Source: a virus
Taxonomy: Duplodnaviria > Heunggongvirae > Uroviricota > Caudoviricetes
Strand: one strand, 5' to 3'
Length of the DNA stretch: 64,000 nucleotides
Virus record (IMG/VR): IMGVR_UViG_3300009154_000029
The position numbers and the translations under genes are program-made. Position 1 is the stretch's first letter. Each line of letters opens with the position of its first letter. Of the stretch, positions 1 through 8,895 are shown piece by piece. The notes beneath the pieces were generated by a model. That model saw only the letters and a program-made list of their open reading frames with translations. It ran no database searches and was not told the origin of the DNA.

Positions 1-135
1 ATGACAAACGAACAATTTATTTATTGGTTGAAAGGATATATGGCAGCGCAAATTGACTGTCAGATTAAGACTGATATTGAGAAAGCACTTGCAAGCGTAG
101 GAATTAAGCCTACTAGTACACTCACAGCTTGAATT
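1..135 (+). CDS. small hypothetical protein (44 aa, MTNEQFIYWLKGYMAAQ...)
   Basis: ATG at 1 to TGA at 133-135; below the ORF-track length cutoff; same strand and packing as downstream genes. Confidence 0.2.
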
Positions 136-179
136 ACCAAAACTTATAAGGGTTAAAAAAGTTATAATAATAGAAGGTT

Positions 180-479
180 ATGAATCAATTTGAATCAGAA
201 AAACTTCTTAATAAAGTAAGAAATGTTATTGGAATACCGGAATTTCAACCAATAGTTGAAATGTGTAAAGTATGGTTATCTGAAAGAGATGAATCCAAGT
301 ATGAAAAAACTAATAAAGAGTTATTAGAAAGGTATATGGATACATTATGGTTACCTATGGATTGGTCTGAAAAATTCACCTGTCGTTTTGTTTATAAAGT
401 TGATTTTATGGACAATACAGAGAAAGCAAGGTGTTGGATAAAGTGCGCGACTAATTACTTGAAAAACTCAAAAAAATAG
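180..479 (+). CDS. hypothetical protein
   Basis: ORF track; tightly packed + strand array. Confidence 0.4.
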   Translation: MNQFESEKLLNKVRNVIGIPEFQPIVEMCKVWLSERDESKYEKTNKELLERYMDTLWLPMDWSEKFTCRFVYKVDFMDNTEKARCWIKCATNYLKNSKK

Positions 480-485
480 AAAGTT

Positions 486-713
486 ATGAATAGAATAGTA
501 AACGTAAAACAACCAACATTTTTTATCAACTTAGATAACCCAACAGAAGTTAGTTATGAACCAATGGAAGGTAATTGGAAAACGATTACCGTACAAACAT
601 ACCTTTATGGGTTTCCTGAAATAAAAGACGATGAAATTCTTTATATCTATAAAGACTATAAAGGATATGGTAATCCTAGAGACTGTAGAGGTTATATATT
701 AAATAAAAAATAG
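486..713 (+). CDS. hypothetical protein
   Basis: ORF track; 6-nt spacing to neighbours. Confidence 0.4.
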   Translation: MNRIVNVKQPTFFINLDNPTEVSYEPMEGNWKTITVQTYLYGFPEIKDDEILYIYKDYKGYGNPRDCRGYILNKK

Positions 714-719
714 AAAGAT

Positions 720-2012
720 ATGAATAATATAGATAAAGCATACACAGACCTACTCCAAGACATTATAGACAACGGCTACACTAAAGAAGATCGTACTGGT
801 ACAGGAACTCTATCTCTATTTGGCTATCAGATTAGACATGATATGTCAGAGGGCTTTCCTCTACTCACTACCAAGAAGATGTACTTTAAAGGTATTGTAA
901 CAGAACTACTATGGTTCTTACGTGGTGATACATCAATAAAGTATTTGGTTGATAATAATTGCCATATTTGGGATGGAGACGCATGGAAGAATTATTGTAA
1001 TAAATGTAATGAAGATGAGTGGATGAAAGAAATCATTTTAGATTTACCGTTCCATAATAAAAGTTATGGTCTCTATTCACAAGAAGAGTTTATCAACAAA
1101 ATCAAAACCGATGATGAGTTTACTAAGAAGTGGGGTGAATTAGGACCAATTTATGGTAAGCAGTGGAGAAGTTGGCGTAGTAGTAGAAGTGTTGGTGATG
1201 ACACGTTTGTCGGTGGTTATTTTGTTAAAGATGAAAAAACTGACCAAATAGCAAACCTAATCTCTGAACTCAAAACAAATCCTGACTCAAGACGATTAAT
1301 GGTTAGTGCTTGGAATGTAGGTGAGTTGGATCAAATGGTACTTCCACCATGTCATTATGGATTTCAAGTTTATACGAGAGAGTTGAGTTTGGAAGAGAGG
1401 AGAACATTGCTTTTAAAAGATGACCCACATGGAATACAACCAACTACAGATTGGACAGAATCTCAATTAGTAGATTGTAAATTACAATTAGACGAGTTGA
1501 ATATCCCGACTAGAGCAATCTCATTGATGTGGAATCAACGCTCAGTAGATACATTCCTTGGTTTACCATTCAACATAGCATCTTATGGATTACTACTTGA
1601 AATCATAGCCAAAGAAGTTAATATGATCCCTGATGAATTGATTGGTAACTTGGGTGATGTTCATTTATACTCAAATCATATTGAACAGGCTAAGGAGCAG
1701 ATTGGTAGACCTTATACCCAGGAGGAAAGAATCCAGCTTTTAAAAGAAGCTATGGGTCAAGAGGCTTATGATTTAGCTGTTAGTGAATTGATGCCATTCG
1801 GAGGAGGATTAAGTGAGTATTATGATCATTATAAAATACCTCACTCAACCAGAGAATCTTTTCCTTTACCTAAGCTAGTTCATATGAAGACAGAAGCTTT
1901 CTATAAATCACTATCAGAAAACCAATCTTTGTATGGTCATATAGACCCGAAGGATTTTCAATTAGAAAACTACCAATCACATCCAGCAATTAAAGCTACA
2001 CTAAGTAATTAA
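720..2012 (+). CDS. thyA: thymidylate synthase (ThyA family) with large insertions
   Basis: N-terminal DRTGTGTLSLFG, LPPCH catalytic Cys context, C-terminal conserved ThyA blocks; 430 aa vs ~264 aa typical implies inserted segments. Confidence 0.85.
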   Translation: MNNIDKAYTDLLQDIIDNGYTKEDRTGTGTLSLFGYQIRHDMSEGFPLLTTKKMYFKGIVTELLWFLRGDTSIKYLVDNNCHIWDGDAWKNYCNKCNEDEWMKEIILDLPFHNKSYGLYSQEEFINKIKTDDEFTKKWGELGPIYGKQWRSWRSSRSVGDDTFVGGYFVKDEKTDQIANLISELKTNPDSRRLMVSAWNVGELDQMVLPPCHYGFQVYTRELSLEERRTLLLKDDPHGIQPTTDWTESQLVDCKLQLDELNIPTRAISLMWNQRSVDTFLGLPFNIASYGLLLEIIAKEVNMIPDELIGNLGDVHLYSNHIEQAKEQIGRPYTQEERIQLLKEAMGQEAYDLAVSELMPFGGGLSEYYDHYKIPHSTRESFPLPKLVHMKTEAFYKSLSENQSLYGHIDPKDFQLENYQSHPAIKATLSN

Positions 2013-2151
2013 TTATGAATAAGAAGGAAATAAAAGATTCACTGTTTTTAGATGTTGCGTTTTTCTTTCTTCAGATAACGTTCATTTCAGCAGTCCTATT
2101 TGGATTTTATTTATTAGCAAATCTAATTTTCAGTTTAGTAAAATAATAAAA

Positions 2152-2412
2152 ATGAGCACCACTTTAGAAAGTCTACGTAAAGAAATGGAGCCTTATCAGG
2201 GAACTTTAGTTCTTGACCTTTTCGACGTTGTAAGATTGGTTGATGTTATAGCTGAGGAGGATGATTTCTATTGGGTGTACGATACTAAAAAAGGAATAGT
2301 TCATAGCTCCTGTGTTGGAGGATGGATCCCGCTCAAAGGACATATCCAGGATAAAAGCTATGAAAATCTAGTTAGAATCTGGAATTTAAATCACATAAAA
2401 CCAGCAATATGA
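2152..2412 (+). CDS. hypothetical protein
   Basis: ORF track. Confidence 0.35.
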   Translation: MSTTLESLRKEMEPYQGTLVLDLFDVVRLVDVIAEEDDFYWVYDTKKGIVHSSCVGGWIPLKGHIQDKSYENLVRIWNLNHIKPAI

Positions 2413-2756
2413 AAATAGGGATAATTGGAAGTAGAGGATTTAATAATTACGAGCTGCTGGAAAAAACTCTAGCTGAATATCAAAATGCGGAATTGGTTGT
2501 CAGTGGAGGTGCTCAAGGAGCGGATAAACTTGGCGAAAGATGGGCAAATGAAAAAGGGATAAAAACTTTAATCTTTAAACCCAACTGGGAAAAATTTGGA
2601 AAGAGCGCAGGGTTTATCAGAAACCAAGACATTGTTAAAAATTCAGATCTTGTTATAGCTTTCTGGGACGGAGAATCCAAGGGAACTAAAAACTCAATAG
2701 ATCTTTGCGAGAAATTTAGTATAGATGTTAAAACAATAATTTATGGAAAATATTAA
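2409..2756 (+). CDS. DUF2493 / SLOG-family (YspA-like Rossmann) phage protein
   Basis: IIGSRGF...VVSGGAQGAD...AGFIRNQDIV...IAFWDGESKGT pattern typical of DUF2493. Confidence 0.55.
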   Translation: MKIGIIGSRGFNNYELLEKTLAEYQNAELVVSGGAQGADKLGERWANEKGIKTLIFKPNWEKFGKSAGFIRNQDIVKNSDLVIAFWDGESKGTKNSIDLCEKFSIDVKTIIYGKY

Positions 2757-3360
2757 TGACAAAAGCGGACCAACATTTGAAGAAATTGCTATCGTTGAGA
2801 AAGCAACAGGAGGTTTAATTAAAACCCATGAATGGTGGGTGGTTAAAGGAGTAGATGAAAATTTTAAATCAACTCAAAAGCCATCGCACGAAGAGGATAT
2901 TGTATATCATGGCGTATTAGAGAATTCATTCGTTAGTAAGGGAGGAACCTATATGGGAAACTTTAAAGAAGCACAATGGTATCAAAAGAATAGACTAAAA
3001 GTATATGAACCATATGCTCATGGGGTTGCTGAAGCTTATACTGAAGATGGCGTATTAGAAGGATACTGTGGGTACACCCATAGAGGAGCTCAGATCTTCA
3101 GAATCGGAGATAGATTATTCGATGAAGCATATGAACCCAAAGAGGAAAACTATACATCAGAGCAATGGGCAGGATGGGTAAAAGAATATAATGATGGTAT
3201 TATAGAAGCAGAAGCGGAGGGCGATACCTGGTGGATTGAAGACATAAAGAGAGATGGTGTTGGAAGATATATTCCTTTCAAAATGAGAGGGCCTAAAGTA
3301 ATTGAAACTATGGAAGAAGCTGCACAGGCTGCACAAAATTTAAGTAAGCATTTAAGCTAA
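2743..3360 (+). CDS. hypothetical protein
   Basis: ORF track; overlaps upstream gene by 14 nt (operon-like). Confidence 0.4.
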   Translation: MENINDKSGPTFEEIAIVEKATGGLIKTHEWWVVKGVDENFKSTQKPSHEEDIVYHGVLENSFVSKGGTYMGNFKEAQWYQKNRLKVYEPYAHGVAEAYTEDGVLEGYCGYTHRGAQIFRIGDRLFDEAYEPKEENYTSEQWAGWVKEYNDGIIEAEAEGDTWWIEDIKRDGVGRYIPFKMRGPKVIETMEEAAQAAQNLSKHLS

Positions 3361-3364
3361 TAAC

Positions 3365-3760
3365 ATGAAAATATTTTTAGATGACGTTAGAGAACCCTAT
3401 ATGTGTGCAAATTATATGTACCATAGAATAGGTGTATTAAATCCAGTCTACCTCGAGGATTGGTTTGTCGTTAGAAATTACGACGAGTTTGTTGATGTTA
3501 TTGCCAAACATATAGACGAGATAGAATACGTTTCTTTTGATCATGATCTGTCAGATGAACACTACGATCCTTCTATGAACGATAATGATGATCTTAGATA
3601 CAATAATCTTTATAATGAATTCAAAGAAAAAACAGGATACGAGTGTGCTAAATGGATGTTAGATTTTTACAAAGAGAAGGGAAAAGAATTACCTTTCATA
3701 TTTGTTCACTCGATGAATCCTATAGGCACCCAAAATATCATTAACGTTTTTAAAAACTAG
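3365..3760 (+). CDS. hypothetical protein
   Basis: ORF track. Confidence 0.4.
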   Translation: MKIFLDDVREPYMCANYMYHRIGVLNPVYLEDWFVVRNYDEFVDVIAKHIDEIEYVSFDHDLSDEHYDPSMNDNDDLRYNNLYNEFKEKTGYECAKWMLDFYKEKGKELPFIFVHSMNPIGTQNIINVFKN

Positions 3761-3764
3761 AAAT

Positions 3765-3992
3765 ATGGCTAGATATAGACTATTAGAAATTAAGGATAAG
3801 CTCATCAATGAAGGAACACCCTTCTGGAGAGTTGAGAAAAAGGTTCTTGGACTTTTTTGGACTGAGTACTTTGAAGAGCATTCAGAGCGGGGTGCTACCT
3901 TCTACAAAAGAGAAGAGGCTGATATTTGGTATAATTACCATGCTTATCCTCCAAGCAGACGGGACATAAAAGTAATCGCACAAAATAAATAA
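3765..3992 (+). CDS. hypothetical protein
   Basis: ORF track. Confidence 0.35.
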   Translation: MARYRLLEIKDKLINEGTPFWRVEKKVLGLFWTEYFEEHSERGATFYKREEADIWYNYHAYPPSRRDIKVIAQNK

Positions 3993-4002
3993 ATCATAAT
4001 AT

Positions 4003-4278
4003 ATGTACAGAATACCAGAAAAAACTTCACCACTTGCAAAATATCTAATATTGCTATTCTTAGCAACGCCATTTATAATAGGTATTGGTTATTGTATAAA
4101 AACATGCTTGACAGAAACATTTCACCCTATTAAAAATCAATCTTATAAAATAGAGTCAATACCGTGCTATGATTCGGTTGGCAATGTTTACATATATGAA
4201 AAAATTTACAATCATTTACCAACACAAAAAGACTCTGCTGATTTTGAAAAAGAGGGTTTAAGAATAAAAATAAATTAA
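4003..4278 (+). CDS. small membrane protein
   Basis: hydrophobic N-terminal segment LAKYLILLFLATPFIIGIGYCI. Confidence 0.3.
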   Translation: MYRIPEKTSPLAKYLILLFLATPFIIGIGYCIKTCLTETFHPIKNQSYKIESIPCYDSVGNVYIYEKIYNHLPTQKDSADFEKEGLRIKIN

Positions 4279-4280
4279 TT

Positions 4281-4448
4281 ATGAAAAAAAGTACACTTAT
4301 TGGAATGTTCTGGGCATTCTATCTAGGAGCAACAGTTTCTGGATTTTTCGGGGCAGGTATTACTGATATCAGATGGTGGTTGACAGTCATCCCTGTAATC
4401 ATATTAACAAATTGGGAAAAAAGAACACATAACAAAGAAAACAATTAA
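4281..4448 (+). CDS. small membrane protein (55 aa)
   Basis: ATG 4281 to TAA 4446-4448 read manually; two hydrophobic segments; below ORF-track cutoff. Confidence 0.3.
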   Translation: MKKSTLIGMFWAFYLGATVSGFFGAGITDIRWWLTVIPVIILTNWEKRTHNKENN

Positions 4449-4458
4449 AACAAAAAAA

Positions 4459-5028
4459 ATGAAAAAAGTATTATTAGCTGGTCTTGCAATCTCCTTAATT
4501 GCAGCAGGAATTTTTATCGTAAATATGAAATCTACAAATGAATTAACGGAGAAAGAAATCTCAAAAGGCATAGATTCAACCAAATGCCCTTATTTTATGA
4601 TCAATTGTATTGATTATAGATTCATTAAAACCAATTCCTCTTTAATGAATATCCAACATGCCAATTTAGGCTATGATAACTATGTTATGGTTGGATCTTC
4701 TCTGGGTGCCGATAAAAAGGTAAGTCCAAATCAGTGGGTAAAATCCTTGCAAGATGCTATTGTCGTTGCAATAATATTGCATAAAATAAACACCATAGTT
4801 TTAATAGATCATATGGATTGTGGATATTTCAAAATAAAATATGAGGGATATGATCTAGATACAACATACGAGGCAAGAAAAAAATACCATGTTGAGAGTA
4901 TTAATAAATTCAAAAAAGAATTTATAGATAACAACAAATCAGAAGCTGTAAGAAGATTAAAATTCGAGGCATGGCTAGTTTCTAAAGACAATTTAGGTAA
5001 TGATTTTTATGACAAAATAACACAATAA
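4459..5028 (+). CDS. beta-carbonic-anhydrase-like protein with N-terminal membrane anchor
   Basis: CxDxR (CIDYR) and HxxCG (HMDCG) zinc-ligand motifs in the beta-CA order; N-terminal hydrophobic helix. Confidence 0.45.
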   Translation: MKKVLLAGLAISLIAAGIFIVNMKSTNELTEKEISKGIDSTKCPYFMINCIDYRFIKTNSSLMNIQHANLGYDNYVMVGSSLGADKKVSPNQWVKSLQDAIVVAIILHKINTIVLIDHMDCGYFKIKYEGYDLDTTYEARKKYHVESINKFKKEFIDNNKSEAVRRLKFEAWLVSKDNLGNDFYDKITQ

Positions 5029-5029
5029 G

Positions 5030-6049
5030 ATGAATTTAACTCTAACTTACGATGACATTCAGCTGGTTCCCGATTATTCTGAAGTTTCTAGCCGAAAGAA
5101 TATCAGTCTAGAGACTCAGATATCTAAGAACTATAAAATTGACATTCCTTTAGTGGCATCACCGATGGATACAGTTTGTGGATACGAGATGGCACTGTCA
5201 TTTATGAAAGTTGGAGGAGCGGGATGCATTCACCGATTTATGACAATCGAGGATCAAGTCCATTTAGTCAAAAAACTTTTCTCCGCTAGGATTAAAGGTG
5301 GGTATTCAGGAAATTCCCCTATTGTGGCTGCAGTTGGTGCTAATGGTGACTATTTGCAAAGAGCATCAGAATTGATTGGAGCAGGTGCTGATGTTATCCT
5401 TATTGACGTGGCTCACGGACACCACAAAAATGTCAAGGACGCTATCCAAAACATAAAAGCTATAAGCAATGAAATTGATGTTATAGCTGGAAACATAGCA
5501 ACAAAGGAAGCCGCACTTGATCTGGAATCATGGGGAGCAGATGGATTAAGAGTTGGGATAGGTGGAGGAAGTCTTTGCACAACCAGGGTAAAAACAGGAT
5601 TTGGAGTTCCGAATGTAACATGTCTGCAAGAGATAATTGCGGTAGCTAAAACCCCTGTTATGGCTGACGGTGGAATTAGATCGAGTGGTGACGCTGCAAA
5701 GGCTTTAGCTCTAGGTGCTTCATGTGTTATGGTTGGATCACTGATAGCAGGAACAGAGGAAAGCCCAGGAAGCATAATAGAAACCCCACAAGGTCTATAC
5801 AAAAGATACAGAGGAGCTGCTTCCTTAGAAACTAAAATGACACATGGACAGGAAGCAAGAAATGTGGAAGGCGAGAGTACAATGATTCCATACAAAGGCG
5901 GGGTTAAATATATTGTTGAAGGGATATTAGACGGAGTTCGTAGTGCTTTCTCTTATGCCGGCGCCAACTCAATAAAAGAATTCAACCCAGATATAGTCAG
6001 AATTACCTCGGCAGGCCAACAAGAGGCCAAGCCACATTTACTAAGATAA
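5030..6049 (+). CDS. guaC: GMP reductase (IMPDH/GMPR family)
   Basis: 339 aa; IGGGSLCTTRVKTGFGVP catalytic Cys loop nearly identical to GuaC IGPGSVCTTRVKTGVGYP; no CBS insert, so GMPR rather than IMPDH. Confidence 0.8.
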   Translation: MNLTLTYDDIQLVPDYSEVSSRKNISLETQISKNYKIDIPLVASPMDTVCGYEMALSFMKVGGAGCIHRFMTIEDQVHLVKKLFSARIKGGYSGNSPIVAAVGANGDYLQRASELIGAGADVILIDVAHGHHKNVKDAIQNIKAISNEIDVIAGNIATKEAALDLESWGADGLRVGIGGGSLCTTRVKTGFGVPNVTCLQEIIAVAKTPVMADGGIRSSGDAAKALALGASCVMVGSLIAGTEESPGSIIETPQGLYKRYRGAASLETKMTHGQEARNVEGESTMIPYKGGVKYIVEGILDGVRSAFSYAGANSIKEFNPDIVRITSAGQQEAKPHLLR

Positions 6050-6123
6050 AATAAGCTATACGGGAAAAAAAAGGGGCGAAACTAAAAAGATAAATACTAT
6101 ATGAAAGTGTAGAAAGGAACCCA

Positions 6124-6663
6124 ATGAAAATTGAAATAATAATAAGTATAATTTGTGCACTAGCCGCCACTTTTAAGTGGGTGTACGAATATTCAGAAAA
6201 ATCCAAATGGGAAAGAAACGCTTTTCTATTAAACCAAATAGAAAAGTTTAGAAGCTTAGAGACCACCCGTATAATGGAAAAACTTCTAGACTGGAATTCT
6301 ATAGAAGTTAAGATTGGAGAAAATAAGATCTTAGTTGACGATAAATTCCTAATAGATTCCCTACAAACACATAATATTAAACACAGCTTCACTAGAGATG
6401 AAGCTAAACTTCGTGAAATCTTTGATGATTATTTCGATAATATAACAAAGCTTATTTTCATGGCTGAGGTTGGCTTAGTCGATAAAAATAATCTCTCAAT
6501 ATTCCTGGGGTACTGGTTTAGAATAATCTCAGGAGAATCCAAAAATAAACCCGTAGAATTTTTTGATAAGTTACACCACTATTTAGAATACTATGGGTAT
6601 AATGACCTAATCGATTTTTTAGAAAACTACAATGAATATAGCAATAATAGCTCACGACAATAA
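6124..6663 (+). CDS. hypothetical protein
   Basis: ORF track. Confidence 0.4.
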   Translation: MKIEIIISIICALAATFKWVYEYSEKSKWERNAFLLNQIEKFRSLETTRIMEKLLDWNSIEVKIGENKILVDDKFLIDSLQTHNIKHSFTRDEAKLREIFDDYFDNITKLIFMAEVGLVDKNNLSIFLGYWFRIISGESKNKPVEFFDKLHHYLEYYGYNDLIDFLENYNEYSNNSSRQ

Positions 6664-7021
6664 GAAGGCAGATATGGTTGCTTTTGTTCTGAAAAGAATT
6701 GATTTCTTTAAGAGAAAGGACGTTAAGATCATTTCAACAGGAACTACTGGAAACCATATGCTCCATGCAGGAATCACTAATGTTGAATGCTTGCAATCAG
6801 GGCCTAAAGGTGGAGACGCACAGATAGCATCGAGACTAGTTGAGGGTAATGTCGATATAGTTCTATTCTTTATAGATCCGATGTTCTCGCATCCACATGA
6901 AGTTGATATTCATATGTTAATGAGACTCTGTAATGTTTATGATATTCCTCTTGCTACAAACTATGCAACTGCTAAGTTTCTAATTAAAGGAATTAAATAT
7001 GAACAGGCAAAAAATAAGTAA
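6632..7021 (+). CDS. mgsA: methylglyoxal synthase
   Basis: IALIAHD..K, STGTTG, SGPxGGDxQI, DPxxxxPHxxD blocks match MgsA along the whole 129 aa. Confidence 0.8.
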   Translation: MNIAIIAHDNKKADMVAFVLKRIDFFKRKDVKIISTGTTGNHMLHAGITNVECLQSGPKGGDAQIASRLVEGNVDIVLFFIDPMFSHPHEVDIHMLMRLCNVYDIPLATNYATAKFLIKGIKYEQAKNK

Positions 7022-7726
7022 ATGATATCTGATCAGCTCACAATAGTAATACCTAGTAAGAATGAGGGAACCGGCTTGTTGGAGGTATTGGATCTAGTAA
7101 TAAAGCAAGAGCATAGTTTCAAAATTATTATTGCAGATTCGTCTGATGACAAATACAGCAGATCACTATTAGATGATTTCATAAATAAATACGGTTCAAA
7201 GGAGATCCAAATAGTAGAGGGTGGATTACCATCAATTGCACGTAACAGAGGAGCATCTGAAGTAAAGACCCCCTATATCCTGTTTTTAGATGCCGATATA
7301 TACATAAAAGACAAATACCTTATAGGTAGCTGCCTTAAAATAGCCACAGAGGGTGATTGTGATTTAGTAACTTGTAAGTTTAGATCACATGACGGAAAAT
7401 ACAAATGGGTTTGGAGAATATTTGATGTTGCTCAGTTGATTAGCTCTAAAACCAAGCCTTTTGCAGTTGGTGGCTTTATGTTATTCAAAAAAAGCACGTT
7501 CGATAAACTAGGAGGATTTAACAATGAGGATAAAATTGCAGAAGACTACCACCTCAGCTCTAAGATACATCCAAAAAAATTTAGAGTGGCGGATTTTTTT
7601 ATTTACACTCCTTCTCGAAGATTTAAGACAAAGGGTGTTTGGTATATGATTAAATTATTGTTAAATTGCTGGTGGAATAGAAACAACGAATCATTCTATA
7701 AAAAAGATCATAATTATTGGAAATGA
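7022..7726 (+). CDS. glycosyltransferase family 2
   Basis: N-terminal Rossmann-type GT-A fold signature TIVIPSKNE, DxD-like FLDADI. Confidence 0.55.
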   Translation: MISDQLTIVIPSKNEGTGLLEVLDLVIKQEHSFKIIIADSSDDKYSRSLLDDFINKYGSKEIQIVEGGLPSIARNRGASEVKTPYILFLDADIYIKDKYLIGSCLKIATEGDCDLVTCKFRSHDGKYKWVWRIFDVAQLISSKTKPFAVGGFMLFKKSTFDKLGGFNNEDKIAEDYHLSSKIHPKKFRVADFFIYTPSRRFKTKGVWYMIKLLLNCWWNRNNESFYKKDHNYWK

Positions 7727-7814
7727 AAAAGATTAACCTATTTTATAAATTCGAAACATTGGTGGTTGGCACAGTAATTGCTTTACTAATTTTAATTGAA
7801 ATAGCTGTACATAT

Positions 7815-8534
7815 ATGAAATACAAAGCTATAATAGTTTCGGATCTTCACCTCGGTACAAAGGATAGCAAAGCTAAAGAATTTATCGAATTTCTTGAAGA
7901 TCACCCAACTGATCTGCTAATATTGAACGGCGACATAGTGGATGGATGGGCTTTGAACAGAGGTGCCAGATGGAAAAAGCAACACACAAGGGCTCTATCA
8001 AAGATACTCAAAATATCCAATAAAACTAAAGTGATTTGGATCAGAGGTAACCATGATGAATTTTTAATTGAACTAATCGGATCACATTTCGGTAACATCT
8101 CCGTTAGAGAAGATTATGTTTTAGAGGTAGGTGATAAAAAGTATTATGTGTTTCATGGAGATGTCGTAGACGTATTCATTACAAAGTACAAATGGCTAGC
8201 CAAGATAGGATCAATAGGTTACGACTTCGCATTATGGCTAAATAGATGGTATAACAGGTACAGAGCCTGGAGAAAGCTACCCTACCAATCAATCTCTCAG
8301 CAGATCAAAGCAGGTGTAAAGCAAGCAACAAACTACATTAATGATTTTGAGAGAGCTGCTATTAAAATGGCTCACAAGCACGACTGTAATGGAGTAATGT
8401 GTGGACACATACATCAGCCTGAAGATATGGTCATACACGGAGATCATTATCTAAATTCAGGGGATTGGGTAGAAAACAGAACAGCAATTTTAATCGATAA
8501 GAACAATATCATAACAGTTTATAATCACATTTAA
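7815..8534 (+). CDS. LpxH-like calcineurin-type metallophosphoesterase (UDP-2,3-diacylglucosamine diphosphatase family)
   Basis: SDLHLG, GDIVDGW, GNHD, HGD, GHIH metal-binding blocks in LpxH order. Confidence 0.6.
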   Translation: MKYKAIIVSDLHLGTKDSKAKEFIEFLEDHPTDLLILNGDIVDGWALNRGARWKKQHTRALSKILKISNKTKVIWIRGNHDEFLIELIGSHFGNISVREDYVLEVGDKKYYVFHGDVVDVFITKYKWLAKIGSIGYDFALWLNRWYNRYRAWRKLPYQSISQQIKAGVKQATNYINDFERAAIKMAHKHDCNGVMCGHIHQPEDMVIHGDHYLNSGDWVENRTAILIDKNNIITVYNHI

Positions 8535-8857
8535 TGTCAAAGAAAAAAATAAAGTATCACAAAATAATTAGAGAGTGGAATGAGGCATCTAAGAAAGAAG
8601 TATGGGAGGGTATAAGGGATAACTTCATATATGGATTCTTAGCTGCGATGCTAATTGTTGCCACAGCATCAAGAAATGATATGGTGGTACTATTCAGCTT
8701 TGTAATGTATTATTATTTCGTTGGAAGAATAATTAATAGACCCAAATATATAACAGATTTAGGTAAACTTGTAGTTTTTCCAATTCCTTCAGCAATTGGA
8801 GCATTTACTGGATACAAGTTGAGTTATATACTACTGACACTACTCCATCACTCTTAG
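8534..8857 (+). CDS. membrane protein
   Basis: two or three hydrophobic helices; start overlaps stop of upstream gene. Confidence 0.35.
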   Translation: MSKKKIKYHKIIREWNEASKKEVWEGIRDNFIYGFLAAMLIVATASRNDMVVLFSFVMYYYFVGRIINRPKYITDLGKLVVFPIPSAIGAFTGYKLSYILLTLLHHS

Positions 8858-8895
8858 TTTTTAGATGGAATAGTTTAAAATAACTTTCCATCTAA

